Assembly (NCBI RefSeq): GCF_018977255.1
Contig: NW_024704742.1
Span: 50,842,001-50,906,000 of the forward strand
DNA from: Callorhinchus milii
Taxonomy: Eukaryota
DNA length: 64,000 nucleotides
Direction: 5' to 3'
The position numbers and the translations under genes are program-made. The notes under the pieces were generated by a model. The model was not told the origin of the DNA and searched no databases. It was given only the letters and a program-made list of their open reading frames with translations. Below, one piece after another: positions 26,870 through 39,321 of the stretch (the first letter of the stretch is position 1; every line of letters starts with the position of its first letter).

Positions 26870-27482
26870 TTGATCAACCGGGTGTCTGACATATGTGGAA
26901 ACCCATCACCATACTTAAGAGTATTCAAACCAAACTGAGAATTTCTCACGTTCCATTTACATATGGAAATCCGAGAGATAGATTGCTGGAATGAAATGTG
27001 CCCTCTCTCCCGCAAGGCATCCATCCTGCTTACCTAATCACGGAAAGTACTAGGCAGAGGTTGGCAAGAGCCAAGGCTTGGGGACCCCAGAATGTGCATT
27101 GAAGTGCTGCTGGAGTCTAACCAGCTAAAAGCACCACAACTTGCCATTGATATTGCGGTCCGGTAAGCCTTCCCGCTGTTTGTAAAGCTAGGACCACCCT
27201 ATCCGTTAGGGCTTTGACTTGCAGCACTAATAGGAGCTGAGCATATAATTCCCTGCCCCCAGTGACTGGTCTGCCCTTCCAAGTCCTGCTGATGAGCCAG
27301 GCCGGCTGTGCTGCCATCAGCAGTGCCCTGGAATACTGTGGACCCATCTGGCTCACGAACCAGATTACAGAGACCAACAGTGAGGGCTGGCTCGATTCCG
27401 ATATTCCATTGCCAGGCATGTCATCTTGGAGCCAGATTAGCTCAAGCCGACCCTGCTCATCTCCCCCCCCCCCCCGCCCCCG
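26870..27482. repeat. Longest copy of an unclassified ~600-bp interspersed repeat
   Basis: Shares aaacccatcacc...cttaagagtatccaaac.aaactgag and other blocks with copies at 8428-8775, 28835-28975, 45887-45990, 49820-50020, 59818-60040 and 42232-42500. Confidence 0.8.
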
Positions 27483-27869
27483 GTAATATTATTGTTTATA
27501 TAATAATGATAAATTGGTCAGTCAATCCATGACTGTTTGTGGGACACTGCTGTGCCCAATTGGCTGCAGCGTTTCACCCACAAAATATACAGTCAATTCA
27601 CTTTACAGTATATTCTGTGAAGCGCTTTGAGATGCCTCGAAGGCGTGATAAGGCGTTATATCAAATGCAAAGATTATTATTATTATTATTATCATATGAT
27701 ATAATGCTGTTAAAGACCGAATTACTCTGTAACAAATTCTCTCCGAAGAGATGCAAAAATCATCCATTTTGAAACATGGTTCTGTTCCTTTTGAAATAGT
27801 AAAACACAGAGATTGCTTGTGAACTAGGGTTATGTTTAGTCGCTATCGTAAAGTGAGACAGAACTGACT

Positions 27870-28695
27870 TTACAACAACAACAAGATTTCATTTATAGAG
27901 CGCCTTTCACGTCGGGAGGACGTCCCAAGGTGCTGGACAGTTGGGTTGGGACCCGAGCAGGGGGGAAACGGTCAGGGTGAGGGGAGGGAAGGGAGGGAGC
28001 GAGGAGGGGAGCGAAAGGCACAGTCGAAAAGAAAGGTCTTGAGACTGGCACTGGGGGATGGAGTTCCAGAGCCTCGGGGCTGAGAGGCTGAAGGCCTGGC
28101 CACCGATGGTAGGGCGGTTGGGGTGGGGGATGTGGAGCAGACCGGAGCCAGAGGAACGGAGGGTACGGGCAGGTAAGTAGGGGGATAGTAGGTCGGAGAG
28201 GTAGGAGGGAGCGAGGCCGTGAATGGCCTTGTAGGTGAGGATGAGGATCTTGAATTTATGGTGGCTAGATAATGTAAGTCGCTGCACTATTAGACCCATA
28301 AGCTAGTTCAGAGAGTGTAAGAGCGCATTCATGCATCTAGGGCATTCGATAGGGTGAACAAGGAGAAACTATTTCCACTGGTGGGTGGGTCAGTAACCCG
28401 AGGGCACCAATTTAAAATAGTTGTTAAAAGAAACAGATGGGAGGCGAGGAGAAATTCTTTTACATAGCGAGTTGTTCAGATCTGGAATGCATTGCCTGAA
28501 AGGGTGGTGGAAGCCGATTTGATTTCAACTTTTAAGAGAGAAGTAGATAATTATTTGGGGAGGACAAGTTTGCAGGGCTATGGGGAGGGAGCTGGGGAGT
28601 GGGATTGAATCAGATAACTCTTTCCAAAGAGCTGGCACAGACACGATGGGCCGAATGGTCTCCTTCTGTGCTATATAATTCTATGACTCTATGTA
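27870..28695. mobile_element. L2 fragment (minus, to ~28260) followed by a CR1 3' end (plus, ~28340-28695)
   Basis: L2 peptide FKILILTYKAIHGLAPSYLSDLL; CR1 3' end with attctatgactctatg tail. Confidence 0.85.
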
Positions 28696-31070
28696 AAAGC
28701 GCATTCACGCATCTAAGATGTATTGCCCACTGGAAAAGCTTGTAGTAAGTTCCTGGTACCTACCATCCACCGAGCGAGGGCCAAAACCCGGGCTTGTCAG
28801 ATGTCCAATGACCAACTAATGACTAATCCTCTTGGGGGGAAGGTAAGCAGGGTTTCCTTGGAGCTGAAAATTCCCATGTGTTGGTGGGCTGCATAGAATT
28901 CTCAATTTGATTTGGATACTCTTAAGCATGGTGCCGGATTTCTGCAGGTGTCAGACACCCAGCTAACCAAAATAAAAAGATAGCTTAAGAGTATAAGTAC
29001 GCATTGCCTTGACATTTCAAACACCAGCTGCATTGTGGAATCTCCAGGTGTTTAAGAAACAAACAAGAAGCTGATAACAGGGTAAATCTGATTCATAATT
29101 CAATATTCATTTTGAGAATTCCCTGTGATTGTTCTACCAGGTCACTTGCAGCAATTTCCAAAACATTCATTTTTAATTCCTGGAGACTGCAAGACAATCC
29201 TGGTGGGTTAATAGTAATAATCTTTGCATTGAAAAAGCCTTATCACTTCAAGACGTCTCAAAGCACCTCACAGAAGATACTGTAAAGTGAATTGACTGTA
29301 CACCCCTACATATGGTTAACACCCTACACATAGTTCTGTTTAAAATCTCAAAGGGATGGTCAGCCATGATATTTGTATTCAAATTTGTTTGTTGCCAAAT
29401 GTATGGCTAGCGTAATATAATAATAATTATAACAATCCTTGCATTTGATATAGAGCCTCACCACATCTTCGAGACACTTGCGAAGCGAGGGCTCTAACCA
29501 CTAAGTTCCAGGACTTCACATAATCAAAGTTATTTAAAATGAGACTCCTTACTTTCTTTAATCTAAACAATCAAACTAGATATTGACAGAAAAGTAATTG
29601 AAGACATGCTTGGTGTCATCTGGGCTCATTTAAGAAACAGCTTGATGTTGTAATGGGACAATGGGTATTCTAGATGGATGAGATTAAACCCCTCTATGTC
29701 ACATCATGTAGGTGTGTCCTGACCAGAATACTACATAGCTTGAGTGTAATGTCAGGGGATCTGAATTCCACTGATTTGCAATAAAGCGGAGAATCCTGTT
29801 TGTCTTGTTTATTGTTGCCTCACATTGTTCTGATATAATGAGCAATGTTAAAATCCACATGACACATCTTGATTAGTCAGAACATCCTGAATGCAATTTA
29901 TCCACCCACATAGCCTAGTATCTACAACATACTTCATAATATTACAAGATGTATTCTCCTCCATTATTTATTAATAGTGTGAACAGAGTCAAAGCAGACC
30001 TTGGTTAGTTAATTAGTCAGTCGATCTGTCTGTCTCCTCTTCCACCTACCCAATGTTGCCTTTTGCTTCCTTTGTGTGAACATCTCTCCAAAGTGATCTC
30101 ACGCCACTTGTCTAAATGAGTATCAGATGTCACCTATTCAATTGGATCCTGTGGAATTTTGTGCTAATTTAAAACAAAACGCAGATCAGACTGAATAATA
30201 CTGAAGAGCTAACCCAAAAGAACATTGGCAGCACTAGTATTCTGTGCACCTATTTAATGATTAAATGCTTCTTACAAGTATAAAACAATTAAAAAGTATC
30301 TGATAATTGCTGTTGTGTACAACTGATCAGATTTACTGTGAAATCCAGCGTCTTTAATCAGCTTTTTCTCTATTCCAATGTAGACACTGTACTTTTAATC
30401 TCCAATCAAATAAATGGACCTGTAATGAAGCTCAGCACAACAACAAAACATCTTTCTCTTTTTTCAAAAAGTGGCTATATTAAAAAAAGCTCTATAATTT
30501 ATAGGTGTGAGCAATGTGAGAACCTATTAAATTGTCTGAAAGGCAAGCAAATCTCACAAAACACCCTATAATTGTTCTTTTATAGAGGGCAATGTAGAAT
30601 GGTTTAGGAAAGGTTCCTCAATGTTTATTAGGGATGTATTCCTAAATTGTCTCACCAACACTAAATGCTGTTAGGTACTATGTACTATGTATATTAATTA
30701 TTAAGTACTATGAATCTATGATTGAGTACAATTAAGGTGCACACGGAATGGTGATTTAACTCATTGGGAGCAATACTGGAGATTATACAGATTGAGATAC
30801 AAATACTCTGGTTTCTGTGGTGCAGGGGTGGGGATGGAGAGAATGTGTACAGAGGAGCATAACATGAGTTGAATAGAAACAGAGGAGGCCAGTCAGGACA
30901 TCAAGGCGGTGCTACTGCTCACTATTACTCAATCACAAGTCGGGGATAGATTCATATTCTGGAATTTTTGCTTAGCTATTTCTGATTATCTATGCAGTAT
31001 TTTCCAGTAGATGAGCAGTGGCCAATAAAATATATTTTCTTGATTGAATATTTCTTGATTTATGCCACAT

Positions 31071-31368
31071 GGAGTCCTGTAGCTCAGTGGTAAGAGCACT
31101 CGCCTCACAAGCGAGAGATCTGGGTTCAATTCCTGCAAGGGTGGAACCTTGGGCAAGTTTCCTTACTCCACACACCTAATACTAATCCCTCAAGAAAAAA
31201 TAAAATAAAATAATAATTTGGTCACTCAATCCATGACTGCTGTGTGCAATTGGCTGCCACGTTTCGCCCACAAATATACAGTCAATTCACTTTACAGTAT
31301 ATTCTGTGAAGCGGTTTGAGACATCTAGAAGTCATGAAAAGCGCCATATCAAATGCAAGGATTATTAT
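31071..31368 (+). mobile_element. tRNA-derived SINE
   Basis: Full head and tail. Confidence 0.9.
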
Positions 31369-33226
31369 ATATAAATATTCAATCAAGAAAAATATGAAAA
31401 CAAACTAACGATCAAACTCAAATTTACTTAGACTCGTGCAAATATTCAGAGAGCTGCTTCTTAACAGCCTGTGGCTAGGTGGACCATATTGTGTAAACCA
31501 AATCCAGGGACATATATATAAAAAAAATTGAACTCGCCACAATTCCTGATGTACTGGAGAAGCTTGTTGGATTAACGGCTTTGTTTCTCTGATAAGTGTA
31601 TCTGTTTCAGAATGTTATTTGGGCTTTAGGACGTCCTCCCGACATGAAAGGCGCTCTATAAATGTAATTTTGTTGTTGTTGTTATTGTTCTTACTCCGTT
31701 CATTGAAGATAGGGCAAATTTGGCCAGGAACAGTCTCATCCAGGGACTGTCCCCAGTCAGTCTACCTGCGGGCCACAGGTTGGTCACCAATGAGGCACAG
31801 ATGATAGAGTGGGTGGGGTGAAGTCGACAGCTGGGTAAACTTTGCATGTTCTGAGGAAGGAGCTGCATTTATAACAATAATCCTTACATTTGGTGTAGCA
31901 CCTTATCACATCGTTGAGACATTAAAAAATGTTACACAGAATATACTGAATATACTATACTGCGATTTGAGATGTTTAGAACTGTCTGAATTGGAATACA
32001 TTTTCTAGGAATGTCAATTATCAATTATTGGTCTAGAGTGGTTTACTACTTTGCAATTTTTTCTGCAATTGTTAAAATAGTTGAGAAAGATTGTGCCAGT
32101 TAGTAGCACTCTTTCTTGTGGATTAGAAGATTGTGGACTCAAGTTTAGAGTTGGTACTTGAATCAATTATTGGTCTAGGTTGACATCCCAGAACAGTGTG
32201 TGGGAAGTAAGGATTTTCACTCTGTAATTTGAAGGAGGAAGGGAGGTTTGAGGCTGGTGAGAGAAAGACAAAAAGCTTGTGATGCAGTTAAAGTGAAAAG
32301 TTAAAAGATAGATGTGAAAGAAGCATTTACTTGCAGCTCAGTAGTGTGGAGTCCAACAAAAGTCAGATGCCAGAGCAGAGAGCAACAACAACTTGCATTT
32401 ATACAGCCCTCTTCACACAGGGCAGTTTCTTGGAGTACTAAAAGAATTCCATTTTAATAAAGCAACACCATTTTAATTTACTTCACCACCCAGCCCCACT
32501 CATTTTAAAGAAAGCTGAGCACTTTAAGTCCTTGGACCCATTTGATCCCTTCCTCCATTTAAGGCCTCATAATTTTCAATAACGGCAATCTATTTGATTA
32601 TAAGTAACTTTTTTGTTGTATGATTTGATGGTGAGTTTTCATGTTAAAACATATTAAAAGGCAGTAAACATCTTCTGGTCACTGTTCGTGAAAATTAAGA
32701 CTATGCAAAGATGAGTGTCAATTTAGTATTGAAAAAAATCCTCTTTTTCTTAAGCACATCTGTTTGTGGGACACTGCTATGCGCAATTGACTGCTGCGTT
32801 TCACCCACAAAATATACAGTCACTACACTTTATAGTATATAGTATAAAGTGTACCAAACTCCGCTCCCTGATTACCCCAGTCCTTGCCAGACTGCACTGG
32901 CTGCCTGTCCCAGAAAGGATCGACTTCAAGATCCTCACTCGTCTTCAAATCCCTCCACTCCTCCGCACCCCCCCTACGTCTCTGACCTCCTCTCTCCTCA
33001 CAACAGTGCCCGTTGCCTTTGTTTCACCAGGTCTGGCCTCCTCCTTGTCCCCTGAGTCCTCCGCTCCACCATCGGTGGCTGTGCCTTCAGCCACTATGCC
33101 CGAGGCTCTGGAATTCCCTTCCTCACTCCCTTCTCCTCGCCCCCTCTGTTCCTATTTTCAGGTCTCAGCTGAAGACCTTTCTTTTTGACCGTGCCTTTGG
33201 TCACCTTCCTCCCCCTCCCCCTGGCT

Positions 33227-33740
33227 CTGAACAGAACAGGTTGACAATGTAATTTCACCTGCTTCTGGAAAAAAAGATGCGTGAGGTTCCTCCACCCTCA
33301 AAACAAGGTGCAACTAGATCCGTTACTGTGAAGTGCTCTGAGACGCCCTCCGGCGTGGAGGGCGCTATATAAATCCAAGTTGTTGTTGTTGTTGTTGTAT
33401 ATTCTGTGAAGCTCTTTGAGACATCTCAACAACATGATAAGATGCTAAATCAAATGCCAGGATTATTATTATTATTATTACCAGTAAAGCTTATATCTAA
33501 TAGTAAATCTCTGCTAAAAAAAAACTTTCCGAAAGTTACTATTATTTTTGGTCCACTGGAAAGTGTAATAATTTTGTGACTAACAAATTGACGAGTACAG
33601 ACTGATGTTTCACGCTGAGCTGTCTCTTAAAAACATACCACACGTCATAATAGTTGCACCTTGTTTTGAGGGTGGAGGAACCTCACGCATCCTTTTTTCC
33701 AGAAGCAGGTGAAGTTACATTGTCAACCTGTTCTGTTCAG
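33227..33740. repeat. 90-bp inverted duplication (33227-33316 and 33651-33740)
   Basis: Arms are reverse complements with 2 mismatches; spacer 334 bp. Confidence 0.93.
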
Positions 33741-33864
33741 TGAGACGTGTGACCGGCCCAGAGGGATGGGCTGCCTTAGAAACACATTTCTGTTTTTGTT
33801 GTGCAATTCTAAAGAATGTAACCTTTCAGACAGGGAGGTGCTGGGTTATCATATGGTGGAGAGG

Positions 33865-34773
33865 TGGAGTTAGGCACTGGGGAGGCGGAGCCAGGCACTG
33901 GGGAGGAGGCGTTAGGCACTGGGGAGGAGGAGTCAGGCACTGGGAGGAGGAGTCAGACCTGGGGAGGAGGAGCCAGGCACTGGGGAGGAGGAGTCAGACC
34001 TGGGGAGGAGGAGCCAGGCACTGGGGAGGAGGAGTCAGACCTGGGGAGGAGGAGCCAGGCACTGGGGAGGAGGAGTCAGACCTGGGGAGGAGGAGCCAGG
34101 CACTGGGGAGGAGGAGTCAGACCTGGGGAGGAGGAGCCAGGCACTGGGAGGAGGAGTTAGACCTGGGGAGGAGGAGCCAGTCACTGGGAGGAGGAGTTAG
34201 ACCTGGGGAGGAGGAGCCAGGCACTGGGAGGAGGAGTCAGACCTGGGGAGGAGGAGTCAGGCACTGGGAGGAGGAGTCAGACCTGGGGAGGAGGAGCCAG
34301 GCACTGGGAGGAGGAGTCAGACCTGGGGAGGAGGAGCCAGGCACTGGGAGGAGGAGTCAGACCTGGGGAGGAGGAGCCAGGCACTGGGAGGAGGAGTCAG
34401 ACCTGGGGAGGAGGAGACAGGCACTGGGGAGGAGGAGTTAGACCTGGGGAGGAGGAGTCAGGCACTGGGGAGGAGGAGTCAGACCTGGGGAGGAGGAGTC
34501 AGGCACTGGGGACGAGTCAGACCTGGGGAGGAGGAGCCAGGCACTGGGAGGAGGAGTCAGACCTGGGGAGGAGGAGCCAGGCACTGGGAGGAGGAGTCAG
34601 ACCTGGGGAGGAGGAGCTAGGCACTGGGAGGAGGAGTCAGACCTGGGGAGGAGGAGCCAGGCACTGGGAGGAGGAGTCAGACCTGGGGAGGAGGAGCTAG
34701 GCACTGGGAGGAGGAGTCAGACCTGGGGAGGAGGAGCCAGGCACTGGGAGGAGGAGTCAGACCTGGGGAGGAG
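33865..34773 (+). repeat. G-rich minisatellite of alternating ~20-21-nt units (40-41-nt dimer), directly upstream of NIPAL1
   Basis: Repeated (G)GGGAGGAGGAGTCAGACCT and GGGGAGGAGGAGCCAGGCACT units over ~900 bp. Confidence 0.97.
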
Positions 34774-35054
34774 GTGAAAGGAAAGGAATTGCTCTGGAGC
34801 ACAGTCAGCTGTACACAGACTGGAGGCAGAGGAAAGTACTGACTGCAGTGCAAGCAAAGTATGTGACAAACTCACACACGCCCTAAATAAACGAGCAGCT
34901 CAGGAATTTTGCGCAGTTCTGGGAGAGACAAACCCTCGAGAAGCAACTGAGAGAGACTTGGGACAAAGATTTGGTGCAGAGCCACAGAGAGGACCAAAGA
35001 GGAGTTTGTTGCAGTCAACTTATCCCTTCACTGTTTCTCCATCTGGATTGCTTC

Positions 35055-35097
35055 ATGGATCCACTGCTAACAACAGGAGACCAACAGTGCGTGGAAG
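35055..35097 (+). CDS. NIPAL1: NIPAL1 coding exon 1
   Basis: Encodes MDPLLTTGDQQCVE then G|gtaatg; short phase-1 first exon resembling NIPAL1 ...GEPCREG. Confidence 0.75.
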
Positions 35098-35823
35098 GTA
35101 ATGTCCTTTATGCCTCTGGTGTCTCCAAAAATTTCATTCACTTTGCTGTATTTGCTTTCAGTGTCTGTTTCATATTACCTGTGGGAAGAGCTGTTGTATT
35201 TTACTGCACATCAGGAGCATTGTTTCCACTCGTAAATACTAAATAGTTGTTACCTGGGAGATTTGAAGCAGCATTATGGTATAACTGGTTGTAGCTAATA
35301 GTTTTTACCTGCAAACATAGTCGCTGCTATACGGTAACTCTCGTGTAGTGCATTGAGCTATTTCTGAGACCTGGGTTCAATTCCAGGCAGAGGGCGAAAC
35401 CTTGGGCAAGTTTCCTTACTCCACACGGCTAATAATAATCCCTCCAAAACCAAAAACAATAATAAATTGGTCATTTTCAATCTACGACTGTTTGTGGGAC
35501 ATTGATGTGCGCAATTGGCTGCCGCGTTCGCCCACAAATACACAGTCAATTCACTTTACAGTGTGTTCCGTGAAGCGCTTTGGGACGTCCTCCCGATGTG
35601 AAAAGCGCTATATCATATGCAAGGATTATTATTATTATTATTATTTCAATGATGTGCTAAGTTGCTATAATAAATGCAAGGATATTGGAAGCTATCTAAT
35701 TAACCATTTGTGAAGCAACGTTTCTAAATTAATTTCAGATAATAATAATCTTTGCATTTGATATAGCTCCTTATAACGTCTTTGAGATGTTTCAAAGCGC
35801 TTCACAGAATATACTGTAAAGTG

Positions 35824-36108
35824 GAGCAAAAACAGAAGTTGCTGGGAACACTCACCATGTCAGGCAGCATCTATGGAGAAAGGAAAGCGAGTCAACGTTT
35901 CGGGTCCACGACCCTTTGTCAGAATTTGGGCGTGTTGGGAGGGAGAGGCTTTTAAGGGCTAACAGAAGGGGGAGGGAGGGCAAGGAAGACAAAGGAGAAA
36001 ATGGGGGTAGAGGACAGGGGATGATTAATACTTCATTTTGCATCATTAACACCTCTTTAACTCATCATTTGTTTCAGATTTCCAGCATCTGCAGTATTTT
36101 GAGTTTTG
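35824..36108. mobile_element. Penelope-like short insertion within a SINE, carrying a hammerhead-like motif
   Basis: 14-bp TSD tatactgtaaagtg at 35810-35823 and 36109-36122; minus strand CTGACAA-A-GGGTCgtgGACCC-GAAACGTT. Confidence 0.7.
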
Positions 36109-36759
36109 TATACTGTAAAGTGAATTGACTGTATATTTTGTGGGCGAAATGTAGATTTGATGTAGAACTGCGATCCTGCTCGAACACCCCCTGGTAATGC
36201 CCATTTATAGAGCGGGCTGTTCTGTGGACCTGCGCTAAAACAGCAATGCTTCCTGTGCATATGATCAGCACACTGGAAGTGATTTCAGCGGCACTTTCTG
36301 CAAATAGTGGGTGTGCGCGGCTAATTGAAAGTAACATCATTTGAGGCTATATGATATTGTGTCTCTTTATAACACAAGGTTTATTTTTATAGACCAAACC
36401 ACTATGTTATAATGTGATTGGCTTTACTGTATATTCTGTGAAGACGTGATAAGGCGCTGTATCAAATGCAAGGATTATTGTTATTCTATGAGCACTTTGA
36501 GATGTCTGAATGACTTGGTAAGGCACTATATCAATTGCAAGGATTATTACATTATTACGTTTCCAACATATTTGATTTATTATAACAGCCATTTCGGATG
36601 GAGAAAATGACAACCGATTCATTTTGGAGGTATCTCTATGAAATGACTTACATTGGCTTTATCGTACTCTGACTGCAAACATTGACCTTTTCATTGGGTG
36701 TTTAAATAGGAAGTTTATAGTGTTGCTGATCAGCATGTACAGGGCAACCTTATTATAGT

Positions 36760-37082
36760 GGAGTCTTGTAGCTCAGTGGATAGAGCACTCGCCTCGCAAG
36801 TGAGAGACCTGGATTTGATTCCCGGCAGGACGAAGTGTTGGGCAAGTTTCCTTACTTCATGCTCCTCTGTTTAACAAGCAGTAAGTAGGAACCCAGTAGT
36901 CGATTGGCAGATCGCTTTTCTGAGGGTAATAATTCCTTAAAAAATCAATCCCCAACTGTTTGTGAGACACTGCCGCATTTTGCCCACAAAATATACAGTC
37001 AATTCACTTTACAGTATATTCTGTGAAGCGCTTTACACGTCTCGAAGACATGATAAAGCGCAATATCAAATGCAAGGATTAT
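36760..37082 (+). mobile_element. tRNA-derived SINE, longer subfamily
   Basis: Full head and tail. Confidence 0.88.
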
Positions 37083-37369
37083 AATGTTGTCAATGTTGCG
37101 ATGGGTAGTTGTTAAGGTGGATCTACTGGAAGGATGAAATTATCAGAACCTTTCTTGTGGTTTTGTATAAAGCTCTGATGTCCTACAGACTTTACCAACC
37201 AGAATCAGGGTACACCTGAGTTGCAGTGCTGACTAGCCAACTTTTCGTGCTTAAAAAAAATGCATGATTAGTAGGTAGTCAGGTCCCCATATCAACACAT
37301 TCTGTGTACATGTGCTATGAGGTGTTGTTTTTATGCATAGTCATGTGTGCTTTGCGCACTTGTATGCTT

Positions 37370-38760
37370 TCTTCCACCTCCGACGCATCACCCGTCTCCG
37401 CCAATACCTCTCCCCAAAAGCCGATGAAACCCTGGTCCATGCTTTAGTCACCTCTCGGCTGGACTACTCTAACGCCCTCCTCGACGGTCTCCCATCCACT
37501 ACCATTCATTAAAATCCAAATCATTCAAAACTCTGCCGCCCGCATTCTCACCCGCACAAAACTCCGCTCCCTTATCACCCCAGTCCTTGCCAGACTGCAC
37601 TCGCTGCTTATCCCAGAGAGGATCGATTTCAAGATTCTCACCCTTTTATTCAAGTCCCTGCACTCCTCTGCACCCCCCCTACCTCTCTGACCTCCTCTCT
37701 CCTCAAAACAGTTGCCTTCGTTCCTCTGGGACTGGCCTCCTCCTCGTCCCCCGAGTCCTTCGCTCCACCTTCGGCGGCCGTGCCTTCAGCCACTATGCCC
37801 CGAAGCTCTGGAACTCCCTTCCTTACTCCCTTCGCCTCGCCCCCTTTCTTCCTATTTTCAGTTCTCGGGGTTCTGTTCGACCCTGAGCTGTCCTTTCTCC
37901 CTCATATCCGCGCCACAACTGGCACCGCCTTCCATCACTTCCGGAATGTCGCCAGACTACAACACTACCTCACCCCTCACGCTGCTGAAACTCTGGTCCA
38001 CGCCTTTATCACCTCAAGGCTGGACTATGGGAACTCTCTCCTCGCCGGCCTTCCCGGCACCTCCCTCCACAAGCTGCAGGTCATTCAGAACTCTGCAGCT
38101 CGTGTACTGTCCCGCACCAGGCTTCGGGACCACATCACTCCCACCCTCGCTCGCCTCCACTGGCTCCCCATCCCCCAGAGAATCGATTTCAAGATCCTCA
38201 CCTACAAGGTCATTCACGGCCTTGCTCCCTCCTACCTCTCCGACCTACTATCCCCCTACCTACCTGCCCGTACCCTCTGTTCCTCTGGCTCCGGTCTGCT
38301 CCACATCCCCCGCCCCAACCGCCCTACCATCGGTGGCCGGGCCTTCAGCCTCTCAGCCCCGAGGCTCTGGAACGCTATCCCCCAGTGCCTTCGCCGCCTC
38401 CTCCCTTTCCTCCTTCAAGGCCGGTCTCAAGACCTTTCTCTTTGACCGTACCTTCAGCTCCCCTCTCGACTCTCTACCCCCTCCTCGCTCCCTCCTTTCC
38501 CTCCCCTCACCCTGACCATTTCCCCCTCTGCTCGGGTCCTGACCCGACTGTACAGTGCCTTGGGACGTCCTCCCGACGTGAAAGGCGCTCTATAAATGGA
38601 ATCTTGTTGTTGTTGTTCTCTGTTGAAGACCTTTCTTTTCGACCGCGCCTTTGGTCACCTTCCTCCCCCTGGCTCGGGCCCAGGATCTGCTACTGTGAAG
38701 CGCTCTGAGATGCCATCTGGCGTGGAAGGTGCTATATAAATCCAAGTTGTTGTTGTTGGT
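37370..38760 (+). mobile_element. Nested L2 elements: a younger L2 (37867-38614) inside another L2 subfamily
   Basis: Two runs of L2 ORF2 C-terminal sequence; TSD gttctc at 37861-37866 and 38615-38620; the host 3' end resumes after the insert. Confidence 0.88.
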
Positions 38761-39321
38761 GAGACCTTATGAAGGAAGAAACGTCAGTGGGCATTCAAGT
38801 CCCTGCACTCCTGATGCGTCTGATGCCCAGAGGTTGGTCATTTTTCAGACATCATTAACAACCCGGCGATGAGCTGATGGACCCAGATGACCACACTATC
38901 AGAAGATTTTTCCTGTAGTAATTACACACAGTACTGAATTCATGGGTGTTGCTCCAGTATATAACTAGAACTTAAAAATTGGAATGATCCTTCAATGCTT
39001 GTTGTAGTGATTCACAGAATCCCCCAAATAAAATCACTCACTCACTTCATGGCTGTTTGTGGGATGATGCTATACACAAATGGGCTGCCATGTTTGCCTA
39101 CAAAATACACAGTCGGAATTTACAATGAATTCTGTGAAGTGCTTTGAGATGTCCTGATGTGAAAGACACTGCATCAAATGTAAGGATTATTATTATCAGT
39201 TATCTGGTGAATAAGCTGTACTTTTTCTTAGTTTATTGATTTATCCTACCTCTTTAAAAATGTTTTTGTTTGTTCAGTCTAGTGTCTGATACATGTGGAA
39301 ACATCTGAGCTGGCTCTAAGG

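Noticed and set aside
33740..34441. 233-aa Gly/Arg/Glu-rich ORF
   Set aside because: It is a translation of the minisatellite, switches repeat frame with 1-nt unit variants, and has a GTG start
33865..34773. CRISPR array or immunoglobulin switch-like region
   Set aside because: No unique spacers, eukaryotic context and no Ig genes nearby; it is a simple tandem repeat
36160..36340. Relatively CpG-rich stretch in NIPAL1 intron 1 as an enhancer or ncRNA
   Set aside because: No recognisable motif cluster or structure; cannot be supported without conservation data
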